From the NCBI GenBank assembly GCA_963825865.1, contig CAWGVG010000060.1, positions 128,001-192,000 of the forward strand: DNA of 64,000 nt. Reading direction: 5' to 3'. The DNA comes from an uncultured Nitrososphaeraceae archaeon. Lineage in GTDB: Archaea > Thermoproteota > Nitrososphaeria > Nitrososphaerales > Nitrososphaeraceae. The notes below the pieces were generated by a model. That model saw nothing but the letters and a program-made list of their open reading frames with translations, ran no database searches and was not told the DNA's origin. Below, in pieces: positions 54,427 through 64,000 of the stretch (positions are counted from its first letter, which is position 1; every line of letters starts with the position of its first letter). Position numbers and translations under genes: made by a program.

Positions 54427-54513
54427 GGGCCCGTAGCTCAGCCAGGTAGAGTACCGGACTTTTATCATAAGAGAGAAATCCGGCTGTCTCGGGTTCGAAT
54501 CCCGACGGGCCCG
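54427..54513 (+). tRNA. tRNA-Lys(TTT) with 13-nt canonical 37/38 intron (54465-54477)
   Basis: GGGCCCG..CCGGA CTTTTA [TCATAAGAGAGAA] ATCCGG..GGTTCGAATCCCGA CGGGCCCG. Confidence 0.9.
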
Positions 54514-54659
54514 CATTAAATTTCATTCGAATCCACAATATCCTACAATATCCTTAAAAAGTGGCAATAAAAATCGTTGTAAAGACTAGATTGCATCGTC
54601 AATCCACCAATCGACATTTAAATCCTTTTCTCTATCATTTTTTGTATCTCTAGTAAAGC

Positions 54660-54960
54660 CTGAAGATTGAAAAAGGTGATTTCTTAAAAGTACACCTAAA
54701 AGATAGCAGATTGATAGTCGAAAAGGACGACGTATAATCAGGATTATCAACACGTAACATCACCATGAATGAAACAGAAGGCGTACAAGACCAATGAGCA
54801 AAACAAAAGAAGTTACCTTCTTTTATGTTTGTAAGCAAAATAGCTAAAATATCAAATGACAAATACTATATCAACATACCAAAGGCAATGTGGCCTGACG
54901 TGCAACCGTATTACCAGATCAAGCAGCTGAAAATAACAATTGGAGAGGCTCGACTAACTC
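54660..54960 (+). pseudogene. two AbrB/MazE-like fragments
   Basis: LKIEKGDFLKVHLKDSRLIVEKDDV and MFVSKIAKISNDKYYINIPKAMW. Confidence 0.4.
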
Positions 54961-55002
54961 GTGGTTGATTCAAAGATAAAGTAAAGATATCTTCTAGAAG
55001 TA

Positions 55003-55531
55003 ATGAATAAAGTTATTGACACATTAAAAGCAGCTGGTGTTAAAGATAATGAAACCAGTACGTCATCATTTAGCATGTCTCCAAACTATAATTATTCACA
55101 ATCTGCAAATATTAGTGCAAGAACGATAATAGGATTTACAGTATCTAACTCAATACAAATACAAAGCACAAACATAAACAATACATCAAAATGGATTGAT
55201 ACTGCTATAGGCAGCAGGTGCAAATACTGTAGACAGAATTGATTTTGCATTATCTGACAAAAAGTTAGAAGTGACAAAAAATAACCTCATAAAGCAAGCA
55301 ATAGAAAGCGCAAGAGCAAAAGCTGATATTGTTGCTTCTGCAGCTGGTATGAAAGTAGTAGGATTAAGGTCAATTAACCTTAATGAGTTTGCAATTCAAC
55401 CACCTTTTCCTCCTCCTCCGATTCCCTTAGCAAAACAATCACTGGCTGGAGCAGAAGCCAGACCAACTCCTATTATATCAGGACAACAAGAGGTCACTAC
55501 CAACGTAGGTGTTATATTTATAATTCGATAA
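55003..55531 (+). pseudogene. SIMPL (DUF541) domain protein, 5'-truncated and frameshifted
   Basis: TSSFSMSPNY, GFTVSNSIQI, AIESARAKAD, TPIISGQQEVT; no N-terminal signal region. Confidence 0.75.
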
Positions 55532-55954
55532 CAAGGCATGGAAAATCAACTAACTGAGGAGATCCATTTTCTGCCCCGGCGAGTCTTGCAATTATAATAA
55601 AAACTATTCCTATGTTGATAACCTATTGTAGTAAACAGATAATGATAATTTGTTGAAGCAGAAAACTTTAATTCCACTTTTAGCACCGATATCGTCATGG
55701 ATTCCTTCGAGTCTATTATGTTAGGGTTGTATGAATCAATACTAATAAGAATGATATTGCTCCTACTAACAAACCTAAGACCGAACCACCAGAATATGCA
55801 GAGCATGGTTTTATAAAATCAGCGAGACAGGACTGTCTATTAATACAAAAAAGATCTTCACAAGATAATTGAAGATCCAGTTTATGGTCTTGGTATTATT
55901 GTCTAAGCACATTCTATTCTTCTTTTTACGGCTAATAAGGCACCTATTGTATTG

Positions 55955-56242
55955 TTATTTACCACCAAAAAGTTTGCCTATTATAGGAATATTGGCTAGT
56001 GGATTTCCTATATTGTTTTCAGTCTGATTAGATGGTTGTTGTTGTTGTTGTGGTGGTGGTGGTGGTGGTGGTGGTATTTTATTAGTAATACCATTACTTG
56101 TAGTAGTTGCAGTATTATTACTTGTTGTTGTCATCATATTTTGTTGCTTTTGTTGTTGTTGTTTTGGATAAGCAGTGGAAGTTGCTGCTGGAGCAGCAGC
56201 TGCCACTGCTCCAATAACGTTTACACTAGAATAAGATACCAT
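55955..56242 (-). CDS. Gln/Pro/Thr-rich protein with C-terminal NPLANIPIIGKLFGGK tail (start uncertain)
   Basis: poly-P/poly-Q tracts; tail similar to that of 23016-23438. Confidence 0.6.
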   Translation of the reverse strand: MVSYSSVNVIGAVAAAAPAATSTAYPKQQQQKQQNMMTTTSNNTATTTSNGITNKIPPPPPPPPQQQQQPSNQTENNIGNPLANIPIIGKLFGGK

Positions 56243-56436
56243 GGATGGGTTGTCTGTACAAGTATACTTTGCAGTAATTCTGTTATCTAGTCCTGGCTTG
56301 ATTGCGGTATAATTAGAGGTAGGTACAAAGTTCCAATAAACCTATACATATATCAATTAAAAGTTTATTCCATCAGTTTCTAATATTGGGATATGCTTTA
56401 TAGAACTTAACGACCATCATATATCAGAAACGAATC

Positions 56437-57297
56437 ATGAAAGCCAAAGAGCTGATTCCATTAATAGTTATCATAGCTATAACCTTAACAGCTGGATTCA
56501 TTTTGCTGGTATCCAAGGTTTTACCTGAAGAAAATGTAAAGAATTTTAACGCTTTATCTGAAATTACGCTACAGACAAATCTTAAAGAAATAAAGACACC
56601 TACGCCAGGAAATAACACCTTCATATACGCCCTAAATCCTATTGCAGAAGAAGCTCTGCATATAGCCCTGAACGACACAAAAGTAAAGCAGATAATCAAT
56701 GAACAAAAAGGCAAAGCAATTACAATAGCGGCTATTCAACCTACTTCAGTTCTTCAGAGCAAGGACAAAAAAGTTAGTTATAGTGCCTCAGGTCCAGGTC
56801 AAATCATAATTACATCCAATTGGCAATACGTTGATGGAAATTTCTACTCAAATACTGCGAATTTCAATGAGCTTGATAACAAAACAGGCGAGTCGCGCCA
56901 GCATATTTGGAATGTGTTTGTCGATCTGGATAAACACACGGTTAGAGACATATCAGAAGAGCCTGAAAGGATTATGAAAGACACCTTGAAGCCAAATCAC
57001 ATCTATACTGGGATGAATATGTTTATGCCGGATACAGTTAAAGTAAATACTGGTTCGGCAATTACATGGGTCAATAATTCTAACCTTCCTCACAACGTAG
57101 TCGGCACTTACAAAAAAGCTGCCTCTGGCTCGCAGGTCACAGTAGATAGTCGTTTCATACAACCTAATGAATCCTGGAGTTACAATTTCAATGACCCTGG
57201 AGTTTTCCAATATATTTGTACAATCCATTCGACAGACGGAATGAAAGGAACGATCTTAGTGTCAACTCCAGTATCAACAGTTTCTGGGACAAAGTAG
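56437..57297 (+). CDS. membrane-anchored protein with C-terminal plastocyanin-like cupredoxin domain
   Basis: N-terminal TM; type-1 Cu ligands PHNV...YICTIH...MKG. Confidence 0.88.
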   Translation: MKAKELIPLIVIIAITLTAGFILLVSKVLPEENVKNFNALSEITLQTNLKEIKTPTPGNNTFIYALNPIAEEALHIALNDTKVKQIINEQKGKAITIAAIQPTSVLQSKDKKVSYSASGPGQIIITSNWQYVDGNFYSNTANFNELDNKTGESRQHIWNVFVDLDKHTVRDISEEPERIMKDTLKPNHIYTGMNMFMPDTVKVNTGSAITWVNNSNLPHNVVGTYKKAASGSQVTVDSRFIQPNESWSYNFNDPGVFQYICTIHSTDGMKGTILVSTPVSTVSGTK

Positions 57298-57427
57298 TGA
57301 TCTGATACTAGTGTTATTAATAACTGATAACTCACAACACGAAGATTTCTGCGTTAAAAAAATAAGTATATAGATAAAAATTGGAAACAACTATGCTATA
57401 ATATGACTTTGATATGAAGAAGTACAC

Positions 57428-58193
57428 CTATCCATCACGTTTCAGACTCATTATGATGGTGGTGGTATAATTCTGCTTTAGCAAGGTCCTTGGAAGGATC
57501 TTTTCGCAGGTCTGCTTCAATAAAATCATTATTTTAAGGCACTGCAATACGATAGTTTCCTTCGCGTTGGATCTGGAGGCGGAGTTGGTGTCCTCCACTG
57601 CATTGCAGCAAATGACCACCGATTGTGCGTTCTTAAGATAAGAAGTGTAAATGATAGCCCGGAACATTCAAAGCCTTTGCATATTCGGGAGTCCAGAAAC
57701 CAACTAGTGTTCCAGAAACATTTTGAAATTCAAACTCCTGCTGAACATGAGCCGCTTTTGCCAGAGGAACTCCTTCTTTAGTCCTGCAGATACTGCGAGT
57801 CTTTATTGAATCAAAATCTCCATCAACACGCAAAGCAAAGAAAAAGTTGTCCGTTTTCCTAAGTTTGTCAAATTGGGATAGCAAATTTTTTAGTTCTAGA
57901 CAAGATTGCAAGACTGAAGCGGCATCTGGTTTGAAATGTGTGATTACAGCAAAAGGACTAAGTACATCATCTTTTGCTTCTCTTACTGAACCATCACCGC
58001 ACACCTGAAAGAAATGTCCATCAATAACCACCATCTCACCATCAAGATTCTCAAATGTCCCTATTCCTAAATTGCCATGCTTACGCAAAGTACCGACTCG
58101 AACAGCTCCCTCATATATCCCTTCAACAAGAGCGTTTGCTGTGGAGACTTGATACAACGTGCTTCTTTTCACCATGGGTGTCTTTCGTTTCAA
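57428..58193 (-). CDS. budA: alpha-acetolactate decarboxylase (several indels in 3' part)
   Basis: LYQVST..ALVEGIY, HGNLGIGTFENLDGEM, PFAV, GTLVGFWTP, VPGYHLHFLS. Confidence 0.88.
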
Positions 58194-58651
58194 TCAGATC
58201 ACTCCGATATAAATTAAGTACTTTTATTTCTTATCCGTTAGTATAAAACTATTAATTTATCAAGGCATGATATTATTATTTCCCAAGCATAGCCAATTTT
58301 CCATTGCCTTTTTGTCTCTCTTTGCGCCATTTCTGCTAAATCATTAATTAATTAACATGTATTCGTCTCGCCCCCACGTAGGTGATATATCATGTAAACG
58401 TGATTCTTCTATCTAATCAAAAGTGAGATTATTTTGCGCGATACTATAACAATAATATTACATGATATAAATAATATGCTTATTATTTCAGATATCTAAT
58501 TCTAATCTAAAAATGCGGTAGTGGGTTAGTTCTTAATATTAATGATAATTATAAAATTATAAAATGAGCATTGCTTCTACGAATGCGCTGTCTTTTGTAT
58601 AAATATGAGTATGAGCAAGCAAAAATCAAAAATCGTAAAATAATAATTTCT

Positions 58652-59125
58652 TTATTTTGCTGGCTCCCTTCTTCTACGCCCGAAAAATAATTCTACTCCA
58701 CGTTTTTCATTATAATTAAAAGTGAATGCTTCATCAGGTAGAATTGGGAAGGTTGATAATTCTATGTCAAAGCAATGAGGACATTTATCAGCAGGAAGGT
58801 ACGACTTGTTAAGGTAGGTACCGCACCAATGACAAGATTCACATAACACAAATATGCTTTCTTTTAATTTAGGATTTTGGTAGTTATCTTTTACTTCTTG
58901 ACCTTGATATGATGGTGATGCCTTGTTATTTTCCTGCTTTTCTATCATGATTTCTGTAAAATACCAAAAATCCATAACTACAATATTATAATATAAACTA
59001 TGACTTCCTCTTCCAATTCCTGATTTCCTAAGCCAGCAATTGATTTTCTTATACTTCTTTGAATCGATAATCACTTTCTGAACGAGTGAGATAAAGAGTG
59101 ATTGTATTCCCGCTCCAATATACAC
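58652..59125 (-). CDS. small zinc-ribbon protein (true start probably near 58950-58975)
   Basis: FVLCESCHWCGT...CPHC..LSTFPI...FNYNEKRGVELFF. Confidence 0.7.
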   Translation of the reverse strand: MYIGAGIQSLFISLVQKVIIDSKKYKKINCWLRKSGIGRGSHSLYYNIVVMDFWYFTEIMIEKQENNKASPSYQGQEVKDNYQNPKLKESIFVLCESCHWCGTYLNKSYLPADKCPHCFDIELSTFPILPDEAFTFNYNEKRGVELFFGRRRREPAK

Positions 59126-59400
59126 TAGTATAGCGAGATGGAAAAATTTTTATTAAATCTGGACTTTACGAATTCCAATACTTCAGCGTCTGACGAGAAG
59201 TATTGTATATTATTAATTTCACTATTTTGGTTCTTCACCTTATCGACAAACTGAGCAACAAAATTACCGCAGGCATTTCTGTTTATAAAAAGCTTCTTGC
59301 GTTGAGACTTTTGCTCAATCCTAATCCCTTCATCAAGGTCAAGTGTTTTTAATCTCTCTACTAGCTCCTTCTCTTTACTCCGTCCAGAGTCCATAATCAC
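59125..59400 (-). CDS. hypothetical protein
   Basis: 91-aa ORF, LDLDEGIRIE..LFINRN. Confidence 0.65.
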   Translation of the reverse strand: MIMDSGRSKEKELVERLKTLDLDEGIRIEQKSQRKKLFINRNACGNFVAQFVDKVKNQNSEINNIQYFSSDAEVLEFVKSRFNKNFSISLY

Positions 59401-59618
59401 GAGAAACCTTTGACCTAAAGTAATACGGAGGTAACTTATAACAATTAGCTGCGGATCATGGTAGACGTGACGATTTTCCCTCGAGCGTGGCTATGGGTAA
59501 CTTTACCCTATACATGCAATGGACAATCAAGAAAATTAGCGAAGCTTCAGAAGACCGCTGACTTGCGAGTCAAGGATATTAGCTTAATAACGAATTAGAA
59601 GATAACGATTAATGATTA

Positions 59619-60775
59619 TTGAGAATATTCAACACATTATCTGGTCTGAAAGACAAGGCGACGCCAAGGGATGGCGACTTGAGGATGGTCATTTGTGGTC
59701 CTACAGTCTATGATTTTTCTCATCTTGGGCATGCAAGAATTCTCCTCTTTTATGACTTAGTGGCAAGATACTTAATATTAAATGGAATGCGAACGACTAC
59801 AATATTAAACATTACTGATATAGATCCCAAGATATCATTTCGGGCAAATGAGGAAAGGTCAACTGCAGCGGACATTTCTAATAGATTTATAAATGAACTT
59901 TTGATGGATATTCAATCCTTAGGTATCAATACACTCAGTATTGCCAAGACTTCCGATTACGTAGAAACTGCTATAAAGCTAATTCGGGGGCTCCTTAGTG
60001 ATAAACGTGCCTACTTTGCTAATGGTAACGTATACTTAGATACATCTTCCAGTGTGTCAGATACGGGAAGCTCTCACGAATGAGTCAAGAGGATCTGGTA
60101 AATAGCAGAGTTGACATAGCGCCGGGGAAAAAAAATCCTAATGATATCCTGCTTTGGAATGGTAGCGACGATTTCGGTCAGAAATATTATGACGACTACT
60201 TAGGAGCAGGCGTCCCCTGGTGGCATATACAGGACTCTTCTGTAGCGATGTCGATCTTTAAAGGCAAATACGATATGCATGGTGGTGCAACGGATTTAGT
60301 ATATCCACATCATGAATCTGTTATGGCACAATTGCGGGTGCTAACATCTAATCAACAACCAGTAAAGATCTGGAATCACGTAGGACTGGTAAGCATCAAT
60401 GGCAAAAAAATGTCCAAATCTTTTGGTAACATCATAAGAATAAGGGATCTGATAAGAAAGTATAACTCAAATATTATACGGCTTTATCTCTTTTCGAAGC
60501 ACTACAGACAGTCTATCATGTTCTCACAGTCTGAACTTGATAAATTCTATTCGACTGACGAAACAATCGCAAGTGCACTTTGGGAGGACGTTGGTACTAA
60601 AGTCCTCCATCGAAGGACAAGGCTGACCAATGAATTCACTAGTTATATAGAGAACGATGTAAATACCCCTGCAGCCTTAGAATTAATGATAGAAACAGCA
60701 CGAAAGCGAGAGTCCATCGTAGACCTGCGGTACATGGTAGGGATTTTTGGACTTGATTATGGGCGGAGAAGGTGA
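59619..60775 (+). CDS. short cysteinyl-tRNA-synthetase-like class I ligase (frameshift near 60060)
   Basis: CGPTVYDFSHLGHAR, NITDID, PWWHIQDS, HGGATDLVYPHHE, KMSKS, HYR, DVNTPAAL; about 385 aa in total. Confidence 0.85.
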
Positions 60776-60892
60776 AGGAAAATGAGGACGCATTTTGTTC
60801 ATTGTGGACTGAACATATTGGAATTCATAATTGCGCTGACCTCTTCATTGGAAGAAGATTCTAGGCAATAATTTGCCAGACGCAATGAATAG

Positions 60893-61210
60893 TTAATGAC
60901 TTTCTTTCATTTTGGAATTGAATATGATATATTCACGTCTCTCTAATTCGTCTTCCATCATTGGTTTAATCTGTTCTAGAATCATTTGATATTTATTGTC
61001 TTGATTATAGTATGCATCCATATCTTCCTTTGTTTCCCAGACTGTCGTATTTGTTGCTCCGTGAATGTCGTATAAGTTGGCCATCAACACAAATGCTGTC
61101 AGACCTTTCACTTTTCCTACATTTTCGTTCCAAAGTTCTGCAATAATCTTTAGGCCTTCTTCCCTTTTACCATTTCTAAAACGTCCTGTAATTTGTTTAA
61201 CGTATTTCAT
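60893..61210 (-). CDS. antibiotic biosynthesis monooxygenase-like (dimeric alpha/beta barrel) protein
   Basis: GKREEG, VKGL, TVWETKEDMDAY pattern. Confidence 0.7.
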   Translation of the reverse strand: MKYVKQITGRFRNGKREEGLKIIAELWNENVGKVKGLTAFVLMANLYDIHGATNTTVWETKEDMDAYYNQDNKYQMILEQIKPMMEDELERREYIIFNSKMKESH

Positions 61211-61559
61211 TGCCTAAAGAAATATAAGAAAATCAAGTAAATATTCTTTTTATCCCTTTACTTCAGTAACACAACATGACAAACCAAATGTAATTAGAAA
61301 AACATGATTAGGGGCGATAGAAAAGTGTTATAATATACAATATAATTATGACACCAATAACTAATAACGTACATCACCAAGAAGATAGTTTATCTTACCT
61401 CTTATTACAAGAGGTCGATTCAGGCACTGGATGCTACCTAAAGTTTGGAGCGAACATATATAATGTAAATCAGCATGAACTCCCTTTTATGTGTATGTCT
61501 ACAACTTAACATTGTTCTAAAAACTACTTAGATATTCCTTTAGTGACCTCAACTGATAA

Positions 61560-62146
61560 CATCTAGCAAGGACTAAAAACCTTCGATATGTCTTCTCTCT
61601 GTATCGTTCCATTATTGTCCTTGTCACTTACAACAAATTTGTATATGACATAACCTGTCACATCCTGGCCCCCAGGCAGCCATGTTGCTGTCGCTAGCAA
61701 TATGTAATTACCACTGTTTAAATTCACTCTAAATATGCTACCGTCATAATCTGTGGCATTAAGAACTTTCGTTGCAACTCCACTGGTAGCAGAATATGCT
61801 GGCCTACCGAATTTATCTACTCTTTTCTGAGAAAGTTTTGTGATCTCGGAAGGTTTAGTTTGTGATGGTAATGATTTTGTTTTTGTTGTGTTTGTTATCG
61901 TATATAAAGAGTATGGAAATGAATTTGCTCCTTCAGAGCTAATTGGTTTATATCATTTCTGCTATTGTCATTAGTATTATTGCCATAGATAGCTCTGTGA
62001 TCGCTATTAATACTTCGATGACCTCCTGGAAGAAAGCGTAGTTCACTAAAAGATACGTTTGGTAAATATGCTACTAATAAAACACATACTGATATAACTA
62101 CAGCAATAATTGCCATTTTTTTCGAATTTACTTTTGGCTTTGACAA
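61560..62146 (-). CDS. membrane-anchored hypothetical protein (frameshifted or degraded)
   Basis: N-terminal TM helix; further coding-like frame ...FRVNLNSGNYILLATATW.. down to about 61560. Confidence 0.45.
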
Positions 62147-62263
62147 TTATAATTATTATTAGTCAGATCTTAGTAATATATAAAACTCTAAGTCGTAAAG
62201 GATGTATTTCATGTATTTTAGTAAGCATTATAGATTAGTATATAATATGGTAATAAAATATCT

Positions 62264-63607
62264 ATGATGTTCTCACATTTTACGTTACTTGTAATTGCTA
62301 CGACTACTCTTGTTTTGACTTCATTTTTTATCCAAACCGGATATTATTTTGCGTATGCTGCTTATACCAAGGCCCCGCCATCTGCTGGAGGCCCAATTAT
62401 CCATGATCCCAATCTAAAGGCAGAACAAATCTTCACAGGACTTCAAGCACCTACTAGCATAGCATTTCTAGGTCCAAATGACATTTTGGTTTTGGAGAAA
62501 AATACGGGTACTGTACAGAGAATTGTAAATGGACAAATGCTCCCTCAGCCTCTACTTCATGTGAATGTTGGAGAGCAAGTAGAATGGGGTATGCTAGGAA
62601 TTGCTGTTGCAAAACATAATGATATTACATATGTTTTCTTGTATTATACTGAACCTGACAGTAATAATAGTGGAGAACAAGGAGCAGGAGTAACAGAAGG
62701 AAATAATACACAACCAATGGTTAATCATCTTTACAGATACGAGCTGGCAGATAACAACCAGCTTATCAACCCCAAACTACTTTTAATCCTTCCAGCGAGT
62801 TCACCTTTTCCTAATCATGAGAATAATCACGTTGGCGGCAAAGTAGTGATTGGTCCGGATAGCAACGTGTATGTTGTTATTGGCGACGTTGGAGGTCATG
62901 CGGGTCAAGCCCAAAATGTAAAAGATGGAATCCCACTTGATGGCACAAGTGGTATTCTTAGAGTTACACAGGATGGTGATGCAGTAGTACCAAATAGCCC
63001 TCTGGGTAATGATACAGACCCTACTTTAAACAAATACTATGCTTATGGAATACGTAACAGTTTTGGTATGGACTTTGACCCTGTAACTGGTAAACTGTGG
63101 GATACAGAGAATGGCGCATTCTGTTGCGATGAGATCAACTTAGTTGAACCTGGATTCAACAGTGGGTGGCAGCAGGTGCAGGGCATATGGCAGGTGCGTG
63201 GACCCTTACTTGGGCCGATTGTACAATCTCCTCCTGATAACCTGGTAGAATTTGGAGGAAATGGCAAATACAGATCTCCAGAGTTTACATGGCTTAATAC
63301 TACTGGCCCTACCGCACTCAAGTTCCTTAATTCTGATAAATTGGGCAAACAATATGAAAATAGTATGTTTGTAGGAGACGTCAACACCGGCAATCTATTC
63401 AACTTTAAATTAGACCAGGAGAGAACAGGATTAGATCTTACTGGCCTGCTTTCAGATAAGGTTGCAAATACCCCAGATGAACTTCAAGATAATAATGTAT
63501 TTGGAAGTGGATTTGGCGTTATTACAGATATACAAGTTGGGCCTGATGATGGATATCTATATGTTCTTACATATAGTGGAAACATGTACAGAATAGTTCC
63601 CTCTTGA
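62264..63607 (+). CDS. PQQ-dependent glucose/sorbosone dehydrogenase family beta-propeller
   Basis: GLQAPTSIAF, NHVGGKVVIGPD, YAYGIRNSFGMDFDP, DTENG, DEINL, DIQVGPDDGYLY. Confidence 0.9.
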   Translation: MMFSHFTLLVIATTTLVLTSFFIQTGYYFAYAAYTKAPPSAGGPIIHDPNLKAEQIFTGLQAPTSIAFLGPNDILVLEKNTGTVQRIVNGQMLPQPLLHVNVGEQVEWGMLGIAVAKHNDITYVFLYYTEPDSNNSGEQGAGVTEGNNTQPMVNHLYRYELADNNQLINPKLLLILPASSPFPNHENNHVGGKVVIGPDSNVYVVIGDVGGHAGQAQNVKDGIPLDGTSGILRVTQDGDAVVPNSPLGNDTDPTLNKYYAYGIRNSFGMDFDPVTGKLWDTENGAFCCDEINLVEPGFNSGWQQVQGIWQVRGPLLGPIVQSPPDNLVEFGGNGKYRSPEFTWLNTTGPTALKFLNSDKLGKQYENSMFVGDVNTGNLFNFKLDQERTGLDLTGLLSDKVANTPDELQDNNVFGSGFGVITDIQVGPDDGYLYVLTYSGNMYRIVPS

Positions 63608-63756
63608 ACTTGAATTACTATTATCCTGTACTGCGTTAGATTGTGCCATTGCTATTCGATTGTCTTATCATGTTGTATTAACTATGTTAAGTAAACTTTT
63701 TAAGCAAATACAAGACGCAGGGATATCTGTTTTCACACTCTATGTATACCCAAACA

Positions 63757-64000
63757 ATGAGTCAACGGATTATTTTTGTAGGCATGATATTTGCCATTAC
63801 TATAACAACTGCCGCTGATAGTATATTATTGGAAAGTGGTATTATTAATCTTAGCTACGCTCAAGTTTTCCAACGCATACCATCTGGGTCTGAAACAACA
63901 CCAGGCGCAAATCCCATGTGCGATCCCACAGACAGACATGTTAATACAAGGGAATCACATGTATGTGGTGTTCCAAAAACGCCCTCTACTACAGCTACAC
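63757..64000 (+). CDS. secreted small protein, truncated by window end
   Basis: hydrophobic N-terminus ending SYAQ; CDPTDRHVNTRESHVCGVPKTP two-Cys motif. Confidence 0.55.
   Translation, partial: MSQRIIFVGMIFAITITTAADSILLESGIINLSYAQVFQRIPSGSETTPGANPMCDPTDRHVNTRESHVCGVPKTPSTTAT

Overview
AT-rich archaeal chromosomal segment. Gene content (FBP aldolase/phosphatase, cofGH, archaeal pheST/trpS/rpl15e/PPAT, PAC2, cupredoxin, intron-containing tRNAs, many small secreted proteins) points to a soil ammonia-oxidising archaeon of the Nitrososphaera type (inference). About 20 genes are split by small indels, including essential pheS, so most splits are probably long-read consensus errors, not pseudogenes. 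Main observations: (1) a ycaO-tfuA thioamidation pair with a divergent 58-aa NHLP-leader-like ORF missed by the ORF track; (2) an eboB-eboF-like pair; (3) a B12-binding protein with the CarH-type W-x9-EH signature on a non-MerR N-terminus; (4) a secreted lysyl-oxidase-family protein beside an IS5-family element; (5) a short CysRS paralogue with an altered Zn ligand; (6) low-complexity proteins sharing a C-terminal IPxIG..GK(I/L)xGGK tail; (7) four intergenic segments that fold like structured RNAs; (8) IS5, IS6 and integrase remnants. All family calls are from motif recognition by eye; no database searches were run.
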